Virus record (IMG/VR): IMGVR_UViG_3300048892_000198
Coordinates: 32,001 to 96,000 of that record
Origin: a virus
Direction: 5' to 3' (one strand)
Length of the DNA stretch: 64,000 nucleotides
Shown here in pieces: positions 26,611 through 37,145 of the stretch. The notes beneath the pieces were generated by a model. That model was not told the origin of the DNA and did no database searches. It worked only from the letters and a program-made list of their open reading frames with translations. Both the position numbers and the translations under genes were made by a program. The first letter of the stretch is position 1; every line of letters begins with the position of its first letter.

Positions 26611-26972
26611 CAGCTCGCCGTGGGCAATGGCAGCGCAATGATCTGCACAGCGAGCCAGATCTCTTGGGCAGCAGTGACCGCTTCTTCGGCCGCGTCCGAA
26701 GGCACCTTGACCTCACTCAACGGAACGTCGATGACCGTGGACAAGTTAGCGACCGCGTCATCCCGGGAGACGGCGGCGTTCGGGGGGTCCACGGTGTGCT
26801 TGACCGAAGGCAAGTTCATCGCCCGATTGAATTCAAACGTTGCATCAGCAATCAGCTGCAACCGATCGGCGAGCCCAGGATCGGGGCTCGCGCCGAGGCA
26901 CCCGAGGTGCTCCCGGGTGCGGAACAAAAACCGCTTGATGCTTTCAGACTGAGTCGGACTGACGGTTGGCAT
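26610..26972 (-). CDS. Hypothetical protein
   Basis: RBS GAGG; class-2 promoter upstream. Confidence 0.65.
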   Translation of the reverse strand: MPTVSPTQSESIKRFLFRTREHLGCLGASPDPGLADRLQLIADATFEFNRAMNLPSVKHTVDPPNAAVSRDDAVANLSTVIDVPLSEVKVPSDAAEEAVTAAQEIWLAVQIIALPLPTAS

Positions 26973-26999
26973 GGATGGATTCCTCTTTCAGGGTTAACC

Positions 27000-27031
27000 A
27001 GTGCTACGGCGTCGGCGGGAACATTCTTCCC
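27000..27031 (-). promoter_or_regulatory. Class-2 promoter GGGAAG-N17-CGTAGCAC
   Basis: Same motif and spacing as 42995..43027 and 53940..53972. Confidence 0.6.
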
Positions 27032-27582
27032 TCGAGCACCGCCCCATCGATCACGTGAAATGCACGCTCGACGCGCAAATCGAGGATCGATCCCAGGGTG
27101 CGCGTCGGCGGGTGGCCCAGCTTCATGTTTTGCAGCACGAGCAGCGAATCGAGCACAAACTCGTACATCCGGTGGTAGCCCCGGGACTCGAGGTTGACCG
27201 CCAGGTCGAGCTTCTGGTGATTGCGCACGTGCAGCAGAAATACGAGATCGTAGCGCCGCATCGCGCTCGAAAACACGTCGAGCGCACTTTCTTCCACGTG
27301 CTCGGCCATGTGCAGCGTGCAATAGGTGAGGTTATCGAAGTAGGTGCGGTCGGTCACGAAGTCTTCGTGGGCGAGCTCCCAGTCGCGCTTGCTCTCGAAG
27401 AGCCGCTTCTGGAACTCCACGCGCCGACCGGCCTGATCCACATCGTAGGGATTGTCGAAGCCCATCTCGAGCGCGACCGATCGAGCGCCGACGGGATTGA
27501 CGGGGATCTGGTACTTCTCGGAGATGGCCCGGGCGAGCGTGGTCTTGCCGGTGCCGCTCGCCCCTGCGATCGCGATCCTCAT
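27004..27582 (-). CDS. P-loop NTPase, AAA_28/NadR-type, probable nucleotide kinase
   Basis: IAIAGASGTGKTTLA; FVTDRT..DN..Y; YDLVF. Confidence 0.8.
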   Translation of the reverse strand: MRIAIAGASGTGKTTLARAISEKYQIPVNPVGARSVALEMGFDNPYDVDQAGRRVEFQKRLFESKRDWELAHEDFVTDRTYFDNLTYCTLHMAEHVEESALDVFSSAMRRYDLVFLLHVRNHQKLDLAVNLESRGYHRMYEFVLDSLLVLQNMKLGHPPTRTLGSILDLRVERAFHVIDGAVLEGRMFPPTP

Positions 27583-27878
27583 TTGCGGGTGACCTTTCGC
27601 TTCTTCTTGGCGTTCTTACGACGGGTTTTCACGGCGCGCACGGCGCGCGAGATGCGCTTCTGCTGCTCATCAAACCAACGCCTCGCTTCGCGGGCGCGCT
27701 GGCGGCTCGCGCGCGGACGATTGCTCTTTTTCTTCGCACGGCGCTCGATGAGCGCTGCCAAGATCACCCCGAGCGCGCCGAGGACCTCAGGGTTCACGCG
27801 ACTGAGGATCCCGTCGAAGTCGAGCGCGCTATCATCGAACGCCGCCCCCTCGAATGTACCGTCAAACTTTCGCTTCAC
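27579..27878 (-). CDS. Basic protein with a hydrophobic segment
   Basis: Coupled ORF; very K/R-rich C-terminal half. Confidence 0.55.
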   Translation of the reverse strand: MKRKFDGTFEGAAFDDSALDFDGILSRVNPEVLGALGVILAALIERRAKKKSNRPRASRQRAREARRWFDEQQKRISRAVRAVKTRRKNAKKKRKVTRK

Positions 27879-28150
27879 GGATGCTTCTCCGCCACACACG
27901 AGATCGAGACCGTGAAGGCCGACGGGGGCGACTTCGATCCCACATCCGGGCGTCGGCTCGCTAGGTAGCAGACGTTGTAGTCGCCGTTGGTCGTATCCCT
28001 CACTTTGCGGAGGGTGACCCCGTCGACCTGCGTGTCCTCTTCAATCCAGAGCCCGGGGATGGGTCCCGCGTGCGCGACCGCCAAGGCAGTCAGGAGGGTA
28101 ACGGTGATGAGGAGCAGGCCGATGGCGATGTGGCTCACGATCTTTTTCAT
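27875..28150 (-). CDS. Secreted/membrane small protein
   Basis: Signal peptide MKKIVSHIAIGLLLITVTLLTALAVAHA; Cys pair. Confidence 0.7.
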   Translation of the reverse strand: MKKIVSHIAIGLLLITVTLLTALAVAHAGPIPGLWIEEDTQVDGVTLRKVRDTTNGDYNVCYLASRRPDVGSKSPPSAFTVSISCVAEKHP

Positions 28151-28548
28151 GGCGACTCTTTCATGTCTGGCGTGAAGGGTTTCTCGTCGTAGTCGGCGGC
28201 GCGCTGTTGATCATCTAAAAGACGCGCGGCGCACCTCAAGTCCGCGCCCGTGAGTCCGAGGTAAACAGTCAAGGTGATCCACAGATCGAAAACCACATCC
28301 AGGGTCAGGTAGTGCACCATCCCGTTGAGGAGCGGGATACCGAGCAGCCCATCGACCTCAAACACCTTCTGCTCTCGCGTAAACCCGCGCTGAAACCAGC
28401 TACACATTGGGATGCGCGGAGCGGATGGGTCTGACTCGATGCAGTCGGCCACCATCTGCATCTGCACGGCGCTCTCGAATCGGCCCTGCTGGCGATAGAG
28501 CACCTCGAGCGCTCGGAGGTTCGGGGTCCAGGACGATCGATCATTCAT
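28147..28548 (-). CDS. Hypothetical protein (paralog of N-terminal part of 45165..45806)
   Basis: QGRFESAV...ADCIES vs QGLFEAAV...ADYIES. Confidence 0.7.
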   Translation of the reverse strand: MNDRSSWTPNLRALEVLYRQQGRFESAVQMQMVADCIESDPSAPRIPMCSWFQRGFTREQKVFEVDGLLGIPLLNGMVHYLTLDVVFDLWITLTVYLGLTGADLRCAARLLDDQQRAADYDEKPFTPDMKESP

Positions 28549-28874
28549 GACCAGGCCTGCTTGGTTTGGTTCCGGAAGGAGAGCTCGTTCACGGCGGTGA
28601 GGGCAGCCGAGCGGATCTTGCCCCAGATCTTTTTACCGTGGCCTGTCCCATCAAATAAGGCGAGCCACACGAAGATCCCGGTGGCCAGGAGCGAGCACCA
28701 TCCGGCGTGCCGGTGCGTGCAATACACGACACGGAGCATCCAGATCATGGCGATCCAGAACCAACTGCAACGCGGCGTCCGTCGCAAAGCGGGCAACCGC
28801 CAGATGAGCAGGTGGGCGTTCATGAGGGCGCAGAAGAGTTCACCTGCAACAATATACCAAGGCTCCAAGTGCAT
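28545..28874 (-). CDS. Three-TM membrane protein
   Basis: Start moved to MHLEPWY; three hydrophobic segments. Confidence 0.6.
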   Translation of the reverse strand: MHLEPWYIVAGELFCALMNAHLLIWRLPALRRTPRCSWFWIAMIWMLRVVYCTHRHAGWCSLLATGIFVWLALFDGTGHGKKIWGKIRSAALTAVNELSFRNQTKQAWS

Positions 28875-29026
28875 CACGGCCACCACCCAACAAACCGGAG
28901 GATGTCCCGGCAAGTGCCTCCGATCACGATGCCGCCGAGCAGGATGACGAGCTCGCCGAGAGGCGTCGATAGCCATGGACGACGGGGGCGTTTCCGTCGT
29001 CCGTAACCCTGAGGGGGCAGTGTCAT
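28874..29026 (-). CDS. 50-aa single-TM protein (below the ORF-track cutoff)
   Basis: MTLPPQGYGRRKRPRRPWLSTPLGELVILLGGIVIGG...; coupled at both ends. Confidence 0.5.
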   Translation of the reverse strand: MTLPPQGYGRRKRPRRPWLSTPLGELVILLGGIVIGGTCRDILRFVGWWP

Positions 29027-29565
29027 GGCCTGCTCTTGATGGCCGCTTGCCACTGCTCGTAGTTGCGCTTGCTCTCGGCAATGACCCGAACGACATCGGT
29101 CTTGGCTTGCTCCAGCTCAACGCGCAGCCCCGACAGCTCATTAAACTGACGGAGGTACGTTTCTTCTAGTTTCTGGTATCGCCGGCTAACCTGAAGCAGC
29201 TGATCCCGAGCCGAGTTCAGCTGCTCTTCCAAGAAACCCCTGACCGTATCGCGACCGCTTCGCAAGATCTCCAGCTGCTTCTCCAATGAGCTCAGGCGAG
29301 CGGCACGCTCCTCGAGCAGCATGGTCGAGTCGGAACTCGCCGACGACTGCGCCGTCGTTTCGGCGGGCGCTTGGTCGGAGAGAAAGCGATCGACGACCGA
29401 TATGCAATGGGCCATCGCCGCCTGCCACGATTCGGTCCACCACCAAGCAGGACCGGGCTCGGTGCTGATGCGGATGCGCTCGTTGAGGAGAGCTGGGCCC
29501 GTGTGCTCGAAAGCAAGGCTGCGAGCGCTGTCGGCTGGGTATGCGTCACGGATGGGGTTCTTCAT
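29023..29565 (-). CDS. Coiled-coil hypothetical protein
   Basis: Heptad-rich C-terminal half. Confidence 0.65.
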   Translation of the reverse strand: MKNPIRDAYPADSARSLAFEHTGPALLNERIRISTEPGPAWWWTESWQAAMAHCISVVDRFLSDQAPAETTAQSSASSDSTMLLEERAARLSSLEKQLEILRSGRDTVRGFLEEQLNSARDQLLQVSRRYQKLEETYLRQFNELSGLRVELEQAKTDVVRVIAESKRNYEQWQAAIKSRP

Positions 29566-29777
29566 GGGGTCCTTGGTGTGTTGCAAGAGAGCTCGGCATC
29601 GAGATCAGCGAGGGCCCGAGCGGTTTTTTGCTCTTCGTCGTACATCGGTGGGCCACCGTCGATCCCGTCCTCGACCCAAAGCCGCGTGAACACGCTGCAC
29701 TGCTCGGCGTTGTACGGGACGCCAACGCACAGCTCGTACGCGCGCTCCCGGTGTTGCCTCGTCACCGGGTTGCTCAT
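29562..29777 (-). CDS. Hypothetical protein
   Basis: Coupled ORF. Confidence 0.55.
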   Translation of the reverse strand: MSNPVTRQHRERAYELCVGVPYNAEQCSVFTRLWVEDGIDGGPPMYDEEQKTARALADLDAELSCNTPRTP

Positions 29778-30469
29778 GGCTTGTTCCCGAGGCGGCGAGC
29801 AAGCTCGGTGATATCGTCCTGGATCCCAGCGATGGCCTCGGCGGGAATGCCAAATATCGCCGCGTTAACCGCGCGCCGAAGCTTTGCGATCAAATCGGGC
29901 GAGCTCGGCTGCAAGGGCTCTCGCTGATCCGATGCGCGGGCTGTCGGTTCCGGAGCCGCCGCGGGCTCCATCAGCAGCCCAAGCCGCACCTCGAGCGCAT
30001 GCAGCGCCAATTCAAACTCATCCTCCTCGGGACGATTCCAGGTAGCGCGGCGGTGTTTTCTGAGTTGACGCACGAGGTGCAGCTTCGTCGGATAAAGTGG
30101 TTCTCCGCTGACACCGAAGGTCAGCTCTGCGATCCGGATGGCACCTTCCAGCGTTTCACCGAGCGACGCCGACGACTTCAACGTCGAGAGCACTGCCCGC
30201 ACGAGCGCAGCCTCGCGATTGAATGCCTCTCGATACCCGAGTGGTCGCCTCCCGATCTGCAGCACCTGCACTAGCTGAGCTTGCTCGGCCGGCAAGAGCT
30301 CACCCCAAAACCTCGCCCCACTGTAGCGAGTGCGTTCATAGAGACGCTGGGCCTCTTGCAGATCGCTCAATGTCGTGTGGTCTGGATCGCCCATGGCAAG
30401 GCGCTCCACGGGCCAGGAATGATCCCAAGCGCTTTCAGTCTCTGGGCTGATCGGATCGGATTCGGTCAT
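29774..30469 (-). CDS. Hypothetical protein
   Basis: Coupled ORF downstream of the DnaC-like gene. Confidence 0.65.
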   Translation of the reverse strand: MTESDPISPETESAWDHSWPVERLAMGDPDHTTLSDLQEAQRLYERTRYSGARFWGELLPAEQAQLVQVLQIGRRPLGYREAFNREAALVRAVLSTLKSSASLGETLEGAIRIAELTFGVSGEPLYPTKLHLVRQLRKHRRATWNRPEEDEFELALHALEVRLGLLMEPAAAPEPTARASDQREPLQPSSPDLIAKLRRAVNAAIFGIPAEAIAGIQDDITELARRLGNKP

Positions 30470-30472
30470 GGC

Positions 30473-31184
30473 TTATCCCTTCAGTACGCGGGCACCCGAG
30501 AAAGCTTCCTTGGCAGCAGGCGATTCGGTCGTGAGGATCGTGGAGAGGCCCTGGTCGCGCCGGCGCTCGTAGATCCAGATGAGTTCGGGGCCGAAGAATT
30601 CGTTCTTGAGAGAGGCGCGGTCGATGCTGTCGAGTACGAGCAGATCGAGCGTCGGGAGATCGTCGAGCGGGGAAGGTTCTTTGGCGGCGTAGGCCGCGCG
30701 CCATTGCCGAAACAGGCTCGGCACGTGCACCGACCGATAGGTAGCGGTCGGGTAGTGCCGGATCGCATTCCTGAAGAGCACGACGGCGTATTGACGGGCA
30801 AGCTTGCCCTCGAGGAGGAGTTGCTGTTTACGCGGCGCGCGCTCCCCCGTGCCGCTCCGAAGAAACTCGCCGAGCGTCTCCTTGAACTGCTCGCCCTCTG
30901 CTCCCAGCATCGACAGGCGCACCGTCGAAAGCAGCGTGTCGACACCAGCTCGCTCGAGTCGGCGAGCCATCGCATACTCCTGGTAGCGCTCGCACGGCTT
31001 GAGCGAGACGCTTGCCTCGAGCGCTGTCACTCCAAGTTTGACGAGCACGCCCGGAGAAAAGCAGTGTTCGGAGGAGACACAGCTGGCCCCTTGTGGTGGG
31101 CAGGCCGCGCACTCGCGCGTCCGAGACTCGAGACCCATCCAAAATGCCTGGGTCTCGCTTTCCACGACGGCACACAATTCAGAC

Positions 31185-31192
<8 letters not shown>
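30473..31192 (-). CDS. DnaC/IstB-like helicase loader, Walker A degenerate (start may be TTG 31192 or ATG 31411)
   Basis: Follows Rep; Cys cluster; LDLLVLDSID (Walker B); IYERRRDQGLSTILTT. P-loop position reads LLLEGKLARQYA. Confidence 0.7.
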
Positions 31193-32126
<934 letters not shown>

Positions 32127-32127
32127 T

Positions 32128-32367
32128 TCAGCCCACCTTGCGCTTGGGAAATATGGCTTCCAAGCGGTCGACGAAGGGCGATTCCTTGCCGTGGATGTAT
32201 CGGTCTGCGATCCGGATCAGGTGCCGGAGCGCCTGGGGAGCCTTCAGGTGGGCGACGCCGCTGATGCGCAGGAGCGCGGCGTAATGCACCGGGTCTAGCC
32301 GGATGTTGATGGATTTTTCTGGATCGTCGGGGGTCTCTTCAGGCGGATCGCTCGGGGGCTGGGTCAT
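32128..32367 (-). CDS. Ribbon-helix-helix DNA-binding protein
   Basis: KSINIRLDPVHYAALLRIS......PQALRHLI. Confidence 0.7.
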   Translation of the reverse strand: MTQPPSDPPEETPDDPEKSINIRLDPVHYAALLRISGVAHLKAPQALRHLIRIADRYIHGKESPFVDRLEAIFPKRKVG

Positions 32368-32533
32368 GCGGGAGGCGATCACTACCTGAGCGTCTCATGT
32401 AGGCGCAAGAGTTTTGGTACAGAAATGTACCCGCCTATCTGAACAGTAGGTGGGACAACTTGTGACCACCCTGTGGACAGTGGTGCACTGGATAGCCACA
32501 AAAAAAGACAACGGAACGGAGCAACGAAACCGG

Positions 32534-32556
32534 CAACGGGGCTTGACGCCCCGTTG
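32534..32556 (-). terminator. Stem-loop, possible terminator
   Basis: CAACGGGGC-TTGAC-GCCCCGTTG 9-bp stem after the 32578 stop; T-rich tract follows on the minus strand but not adjacent. Confidence 0.45.
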
Positions 32557-32577
32557 GAACTCGGTCTTCGCGCGCGC

Positions 32578-32952
32578 TCAGCGCCCGCCGTTGTACATCG
32601 CGGTCGATCCCACGAATTTCGCCTTCCAGTCCCAGTCATCCATGACGTACTGCGTGAACTGCGCTTCCGAGATCGTGATCTCATCGGCCGTCGACATCTC
32701 GAGCATACGGATGACGCGGTCGTAGTCCTTCATGTGCTGCACGGGCACGGTGAGCGCGATGGTGAGCTTGATCTCGTGACCGTGGATGCAGTCGTTAAGG
32801 TTGGTTTCCATGGCTTTCCAAGCTGCCTGCCGGAAACCTATTTGGGCCTGGTCGAAGTCGGCTTTGTGCTGCGCGCGGTTCTCTTTGATGGTGGCGAGGA
32901 GCTCGGTTTTTTTGATCGTGACTTTTGATTCGCCGACGTCGTTGACGAGCAT
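32578..32952 (-). CDS. Phage-type hypothetical protein
   Basis: ELLATIKENRAQH...P...KDYDRVIRMLEMS...FTQYVMDDWDWK; RBS AAGGA. Confidence 0.8.
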   Translation of the reverse strand: MLVNDVGESKVTIKKTELLATIKENRAQHKADFDQAQIGFRQAAWKAMETNLNDCIHGHEIKLTIALTVPVQHMKDYDRVIRMLEMSTADEITISEAQFTQYVMDDWDWKAKFVGSTAMYNGGR

Positions 32953-33140
32953 GATGCGGTCCTTTGCTTGTGAAGTTGACGGATTCGGAGACGCTCGAAG
33001 TAGCGGACGCGCTTGGCGGCCCAGATCAAGATCGCATGGATGGTGCCGTCGACTTTGCGGCGCGCGGCCTCGTAAGATTTGGCGCAGCGCTCACACATGT
33101 CCCAGCGCAGAGTGGGCCGCTGACAGAACTCGCAGATCAT
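32838..33140 (-). CDS. Zn-finger hypothetical protein
   Basis: CEFC...CERC; ATGA coupling, but overlaps the next gene. Confidence 0.45.
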   Translation of the reverse strand: MICEFCQRPTLRWDMCERCAKSYEAARRKVDGTIHAILIWAAKRVRYFERLRIRQLHKQRTASCSSTTSANQKSRSKKPSSSPPSKRTARSTKPTSTRPK

Positions 33141-33415
33141 CGGCGCTTGCGTGCCCAGAAAAGCCGTAGCCTATCTGCTCGACCCTCATCACCGTGCTCG
33201 ACGAAGCGCGGCGCATTGGGCGACAGCTTCGAGCACGCGACGCACTGGTAGTGGCCATCGGACATGCAGGAGCCGGTGCCGTCGTAGCCGAGGTCATCGT
33301 ACTCCTCGCAGGGGTAGTCCGGATCGCGCACGCCGGGCATGCCGAAGATCGGTGGGCGGTTGTTCACGAAGGCGACGAGCGCTTGCCACTGCAATAGATT
33401 AGCTGGGGCAGGCAT
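33137..33415 (-). CDS. Cys-rich hypothetical protein
   Basis: RDPDYPC...CMSDGHYQCVAC. Confidence 0.65.
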   Translation of the reverse strand: MPAPANLLQWQALVAFVNNRPPIFGMPGVRDPDYPCEEYDDLGYDGTGSCMSDGHYQCVACSKLSPNAPRFVEHGDEGRADRLRLFWARKRR

Positions 33416-33713
33416 CCTGATCACCCTCTTGGATCTCGAGCTCCGCCTGGGGCGGCAGCTTGAAGTCAATTCTGAGCTTCGTGCATGCCAAGGCCGCGAC
33501 CGCATCGATCGGATCATCGGTGCGAAAGCTGATGCCGAGCGCCGGAACATCAAAGAGCAGTCGCTCCCCCTTCGACCCCGCGAACTGCACAAACTTTCCT
33601 GTTGCCCGATCGCTCACCACCACGAATGGCTTCACGCTCTTTTCCTTGGCCATCATGCGCTCGAGGGCTTCGGTGATGTGCGGCATGGCATCCGCTCTTC
33701 TGACTTTAGTCAT
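33399..33713 (-). CDS. Hypothetical protein
   Basis: RBS AGGAG; FVVVSDRATGKFVQFA. Confidence 0.65.
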   Translation of the reverse strand: MTKVRRADAMPHITEALERMMAKEKSVKPFVVVSDRATGKFVQFAGSKGERLLFDVPALGISFRTDDPIDAVAALACTKLRIDFKLPPQAELEIQEGDQDACPS

Positions 33714-34174
33714 GGCCAATTCTCCTGCTCGACGTAGGCGTACCAGTGCTTGAGCACGCCGATCCCGACGTGCACTTCGTCGCACGCGCCGCCTGGCCCA
33801 TCCATCGTCTCGTACTCCTCCAGGTTGTAGACCACGAGCTTCATCGCCTCTGTCATGCGCGCGTACCCGACGTTGTCGTCGAGATCTCCGCCGTCGCGTC
33901 CCGCGAGCAAGCACAGGGTTGCTTTCATTCGATAGAAGGCCCGCTCATGCGCCGCGCGCGTGCGGAGATCTTCGGCTTGCCGATCTTCGGGAGCTGTCAG
34001 CACTTGCCAGATGGCGGTAGCAGTCTCGATGCGGTGCTGGCACCACCAGGCGATAACGGTGCGCCTCGGCACGACGATCGGCTCGTCGTCAGCCCAGCTC
34101 CCGGAGTTGCGATGCCAGTACAGAGCTTCCCATTCTTCGATCAGACGAAGCGGGCTCCAGCGCGAGCGCGTCAT
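33710..34174 (-). CDS. Hypothetical protein
   Basis: Coupled ORF. Confidence 0.65.
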   Translation of the reverse strand: MTRSRWSPLRLIEEWEALYWHRNSGSWADDEPIVVPRRTVIAWWCQHRIETATAIWQVLTAPEDRQAEDLRTRAAHERAFYRMKATLCLLAGRDGGDLDDNVGYARMTEAMKLVVYNLEEYETMDGPGGACDEVHVGIGVLKHWYAYVEQENWP

Positions 34175-34398
34175 GGCCGCTCCCCGCGCTTAGCACGCTC
34201 GTGCTCCTCACGGAGCACTTGCTTCTTCTTGGAATCGAGCCACAAAAACCTCACGAACGCTCCCCACCAGTCGAGCGCGCGCAGCACTCGGTTGACGGTG
34301 AAGTCGATGACCCACAGCGCGGAGAGGACGGCGCCGGCGGCGCAGAAGATCCCGCCGAGCCAGGTGAATGCGCCGAGGATCAGGGAGAGTATCGTCAT
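34171..34398 (-). CDS. Small membrane protein
   Basis: Hydrophobic N-terminal half; coupled. Confidence 0.6.
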   Translation of the reverse strand: MTILSLILGAFTWLGGIFCAAGAVLSALWVIDFTVNRVLRALDWWGAFVRFLWLDSKKKQVLREEHERAKRGERP

Positions 34399-34622
34399 AG
34401 GGCCTCTGGGGTAACGAGTACGGGTGGGTGCTTGGATTGACAGTCCACGCACCAGTCGTTCTGGTGGGGTTTGTCTTCTTCACTCATGGCTCCCTGGCAC
34501 CAGCACACCTCGCGGTGACAGCTAGTGCATTCGAAGACCTGGTGCTGGCGATAGCCGCAGTCGGTGACGCCTGAGATGCAGATGCGGCCGGGCTTTGGGA
34601 GAGGGGCGGGGATGGTGCTCAT
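34395..34622 (-). CDS. Cys-rich small protein
   Basis: CTSC..VCWC...WCVDC. Confidence 0.6.
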   Translation of the reverse strand: MSTIPAPLPKPGRICISGVTDCGYRQHQVFECTSCHREVCWCQGAMSEEDKPHQNDWCVDCQSKHPPVLVTPEAL

Positions 34623-34798
34623 CGTGGGTAGGCCTTATCAGTGCACCGGGCAGCGCATCAGGTCCGGTTTTCCGTTGAGCCACGAGATACTAAACGCGCA
34701 ATGCTCGAGGCGCTTGATCCGGCGCTTGAGGCGCCAGCGCTCGACGGCGGCGTGAATGAACAAGAGCGCGGCAACGCCACCGAGCGCGGTCTCGGTCG

Positions 34799-35056
34799 TC
34801 ACGAGATGGCCTTCTTGACTTGAAGGATGGCGTGCTCGAGATCTTTTATCTCGCGCAGGATCCAGTCGCGATTCGTCTCGCGTTTGGAGACAGGCAACTC
34901 GGGATTGAAGCTATCCAGGGCAGAGTCGATTCCCGCGTAGGGTTGCTCCATGAAAACGCGGAGGGTCTTCTGGGCGGCCTCGATGACTTCGGCGCATTCC
35001 TCGCTCAAGCGAGTGAGTTTTCCGCCGGACGTCTTCGGTAGGTACTTCTTTTTCAC
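34799..35056 (-). CDS. Second MazG-like NTP pyrophosphatase (short type)
   Basis: LSEECAEVIEAAQKTLR...NRDWILREIKDL. Confidence 0.65.
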   Translation of the reverse strand: MKKKYLPKTSGGKLTRLSEECAEVIEAAQKTLRVFMEQPYAGIDSALDSFNPELPVSKRETNRDWILREIKDLEHAILQVKKAIS

Positions 35057-35063
35057 GGCCGCC

Positions 35064-35321
35064 TCATGGGATCCCGAGTCCTTTTCTGATGGTGGCTTGC
35101 GCCGCGGCGTAGCCCTTGGCGTAAGCTTTCTCAAGCATACAGAGGAAATGCTGCTCGTTGCGGCGCGGATCGAAGTGCTGGGCCGCCCAGTCATTGTAGG
35201 GCTGGAGCAGGAGCACGTGGGTGTGTTCGTGTTTGCGCAGATGGAGCGTTTCGCCATATGCGTTGGAGTCTCGATACAGTCGGAAGTGCTCGCTGATAAG
35301 CTCAGGGTGGAGATCGCTCAT
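35064..35321 (-). CDS. Hypothetical protein
   Basis: Coupled ORF. Confidence 0.6.
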   Translation of the reverse strand: MSDLHPELISEHFRLYRDSNAYGETLHLRKHEHTHVLLLQPYNDWAAQHFDPRRNEQHFLCMLEKAYAKGYAAAQATIRKGLGIP

Positions 35322-35503
35322 GGTCTTCGTCTTCTTTCAAACCACCCGCAGCGATGGCAGTAGCGGGCCCCGGTTTTGCTGTGGATGATCTTCGATCGCG
35401 GGTGCTTGCAGCCGGGGCAGCGCTCGCTCGGCTCGGCGCTCGGAAGCCCCGCGCCGCCGAGCGCGGCGGCCGCTAGGATCATGTTGAGCGCGCCGCGGGC
35501 CAT
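35318..35503 (-). CDS. Small Zn-ribbon protein
   Basis: CPGC...CHRC. Confidence 0.5.
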   Translation of the reverse strand: MARGALNMILAAAALGGAGLPSAEPSERCPGCKHPRSKIIHSKTGARYCHRCGWFERRRRP

Positions 35504-36004
35504 TCAGTAATCCGTCGTGCACAAGAATCCGCGCCCCTGACGATGAGCCCACTCGATCGCTGGCCTCGTCACGAGCACGATATGCGGGCCCTCCTCATCG
35601 GCCGGAGCAATCGTGCCAGATCCCGGATGTCCGAGCCCGTAGCACTTGATGCGCAGGGGCTGATTATCCGAGAAGCGCGCCCAATCGAGCGAATCAATGG
35701 TGACCTCCTCGCCGATGGAGTCGGCATATACGATTGCCGCGTCCTCGCAGGTGCGCGCGACGACGTAAGTCGCCTCCTCGTCCCAGAAGACGTGCAGTTT
35801 CTGATCCTCCGGGCGCCGGAGGTGCTCGATGGCCGACAGCATCTCGGGGATCGAGGCGTCCGGCATCTCGAGCGCCTTCCGGAATGCATCGATCCCTGCG
35901 TTGTGCAGGGCTGACCAGTTGGCGTCGAGCTTCTCGTAGCCGGCTTTTACCTCGGCGAGCTCAGCAAGGACCGCGTGGATGTCAAATGTATTGGGCTCGG
36001 TCAT
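35504..36004 (-). CDS. Hypothetical protein (C-terminal domain paralogous to 42343..42714)
   Basis: YVVARTCEDAA...GRGFLCTTDY. Confidence 0.7.
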   Translation of the reverse strand: MTEPNTFDIHAVLAELAEVKAGYEKLDANWSALHNAGIDAFRKALEMPDASIPEMLSAIEHLRRPEDQKLHVFWDEEATYVVARTCEDAAIVYADSIGEEVTIDSLDWARFSDNQPLRIKCYGLGHPGSGTIAPADEEGPHIVLVTRPAIEWAHRQGRGFLCTTDY

Positions 36005-36011
36005 TTGGCCT

Positions 36012-37145
36012 TTAGAGTTTTGGATAGGGGCCGCTCGCTGGCGCTGGCTCGAGTTCGTGCGCGTAGAACCATTGCCGACCCCGCACCAAGCCGTCGATCC
36101 GATACTGATCCCTCATCCCGTCGTTGATTTCGACGACCTTAGCGACAGCAGCCCCCTTGACGACAACGGATTCACCGATCGCCGGAACCCACGCCATCAA
36201 GTATTGAGACAGGATGCGTGCGCCGCCTTTGAGTTCGATGAGGGAGTTGCTGTTGACATGCTCGACGCAGACGGGGGGCAGGTGCGGATCCGCTAAACGG
36301 ACCCAGTCGCCTGCTTTCCATGGGTGAGTTGGCGCCGATGGCGCGTGCCGATCGGCGGGCTCGAGATCGGAGAGCGGTAGCAGGCGCTGGCAGCCTGCCA
36401 ATCGTATATGGAAACGCATCCTCGGGGCACCGAGCGGGAGCTCCGACCCGACCACCACGCCGTACTCAGGCACGATGGGGTTTCCGAGCGCACTCTTTAC
36501 CTTCACGAACTCTTCCCCCACGACCGGGGCCCAGGGCTCGAGGAGGATGGGGTCGATCATGGAGCGATCGCGTCGATGCTCCTTGTCGGGTACGACCCAG
36601 GGAAACTCGTCGCCCGCGTCGATGATCTTGCCCACGCGGAATGGTCGCGCGCGCCCGTCCTTCCACTGCACCCAGTCCCCCTCCTTGAACGCACACAATG
36701 GGTCGGGCGTCGCCACCTCGGAAGCGTTGGCCTGCGATCCGAGGCCTTCGCTCGTCAGCCCCTGCTTGCCCCAGCAGTGAGACCAATCAATCGGATGCGG
36801 GATAGGCGCCGGCGGATTGTCGTTCTTGAAGCCGGGGATGAATTGCACACCGACCGTGTGCTCCTTGGCCGGCCGCCAGTTGAGCCCGCAGTACTGGCAT
36901 CTGTGGGTGTGATGAGGCTTGGTCGCGAACTCCCCCACGTCGATGTGCAGGTTGCCGCACCGCTCGCAGGGCAGGCGCATCGCGATGGGGGGATGAGAGG
37001 CGAGGCTGTCGAGGGTCGCAAGCGCATCGGTCACCGACCAATTAGCAACGATCCCAACCGGCACCTCAGCGAGGGCCTTGATGTATATCCGGAGTGCGGC
37101 AAACTTGCTGGAGATCATGGATTCGGTCACGGCTGCCCGCTCCAT
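36012..37145 (-). CDS. Multidomain hypothetical protein (Zn ribbon plus repeated small beta-barrel-like modules)
   Basis: CERCGNLHID...PHHTHRCQYCG; recurring FKEGDWV/WKAGDWV and LEP motifs. Confidence 0.7.
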   Translation of the reverse strand: MERAAVTESMISSKFAALRIYIKALAEVPVGIVANWSVTDALATLDSLASHPPIAMRLPCERCGNLHIDVGEFATKPHHTHRCQYCGLNWRPAKEHTVGVQFIPGFKNDNPPAPIPHPIDWSHCWGKQGLTSEGLGSQANASEVATPDPLCAFKEGDWVQWKDGRARPFRVGKIIDAGDEFPWVVPDKEHRRDRSMIDPILLEPWAPVVGEEFVKVKSALGNPIVPEYGVVVGSELPLGAPRMRFHIRLAGCQRLLPLSDLEPADRHAPSAPTHPWKAGDWVRLADPHLPPVCVEHVNSNSLIELKGGARILSQYLMAWVPAIGESVVVKGAAVAKVVEINDGMRDQYRIDGLVRGRQWFYAHELEPAPASGPYPKL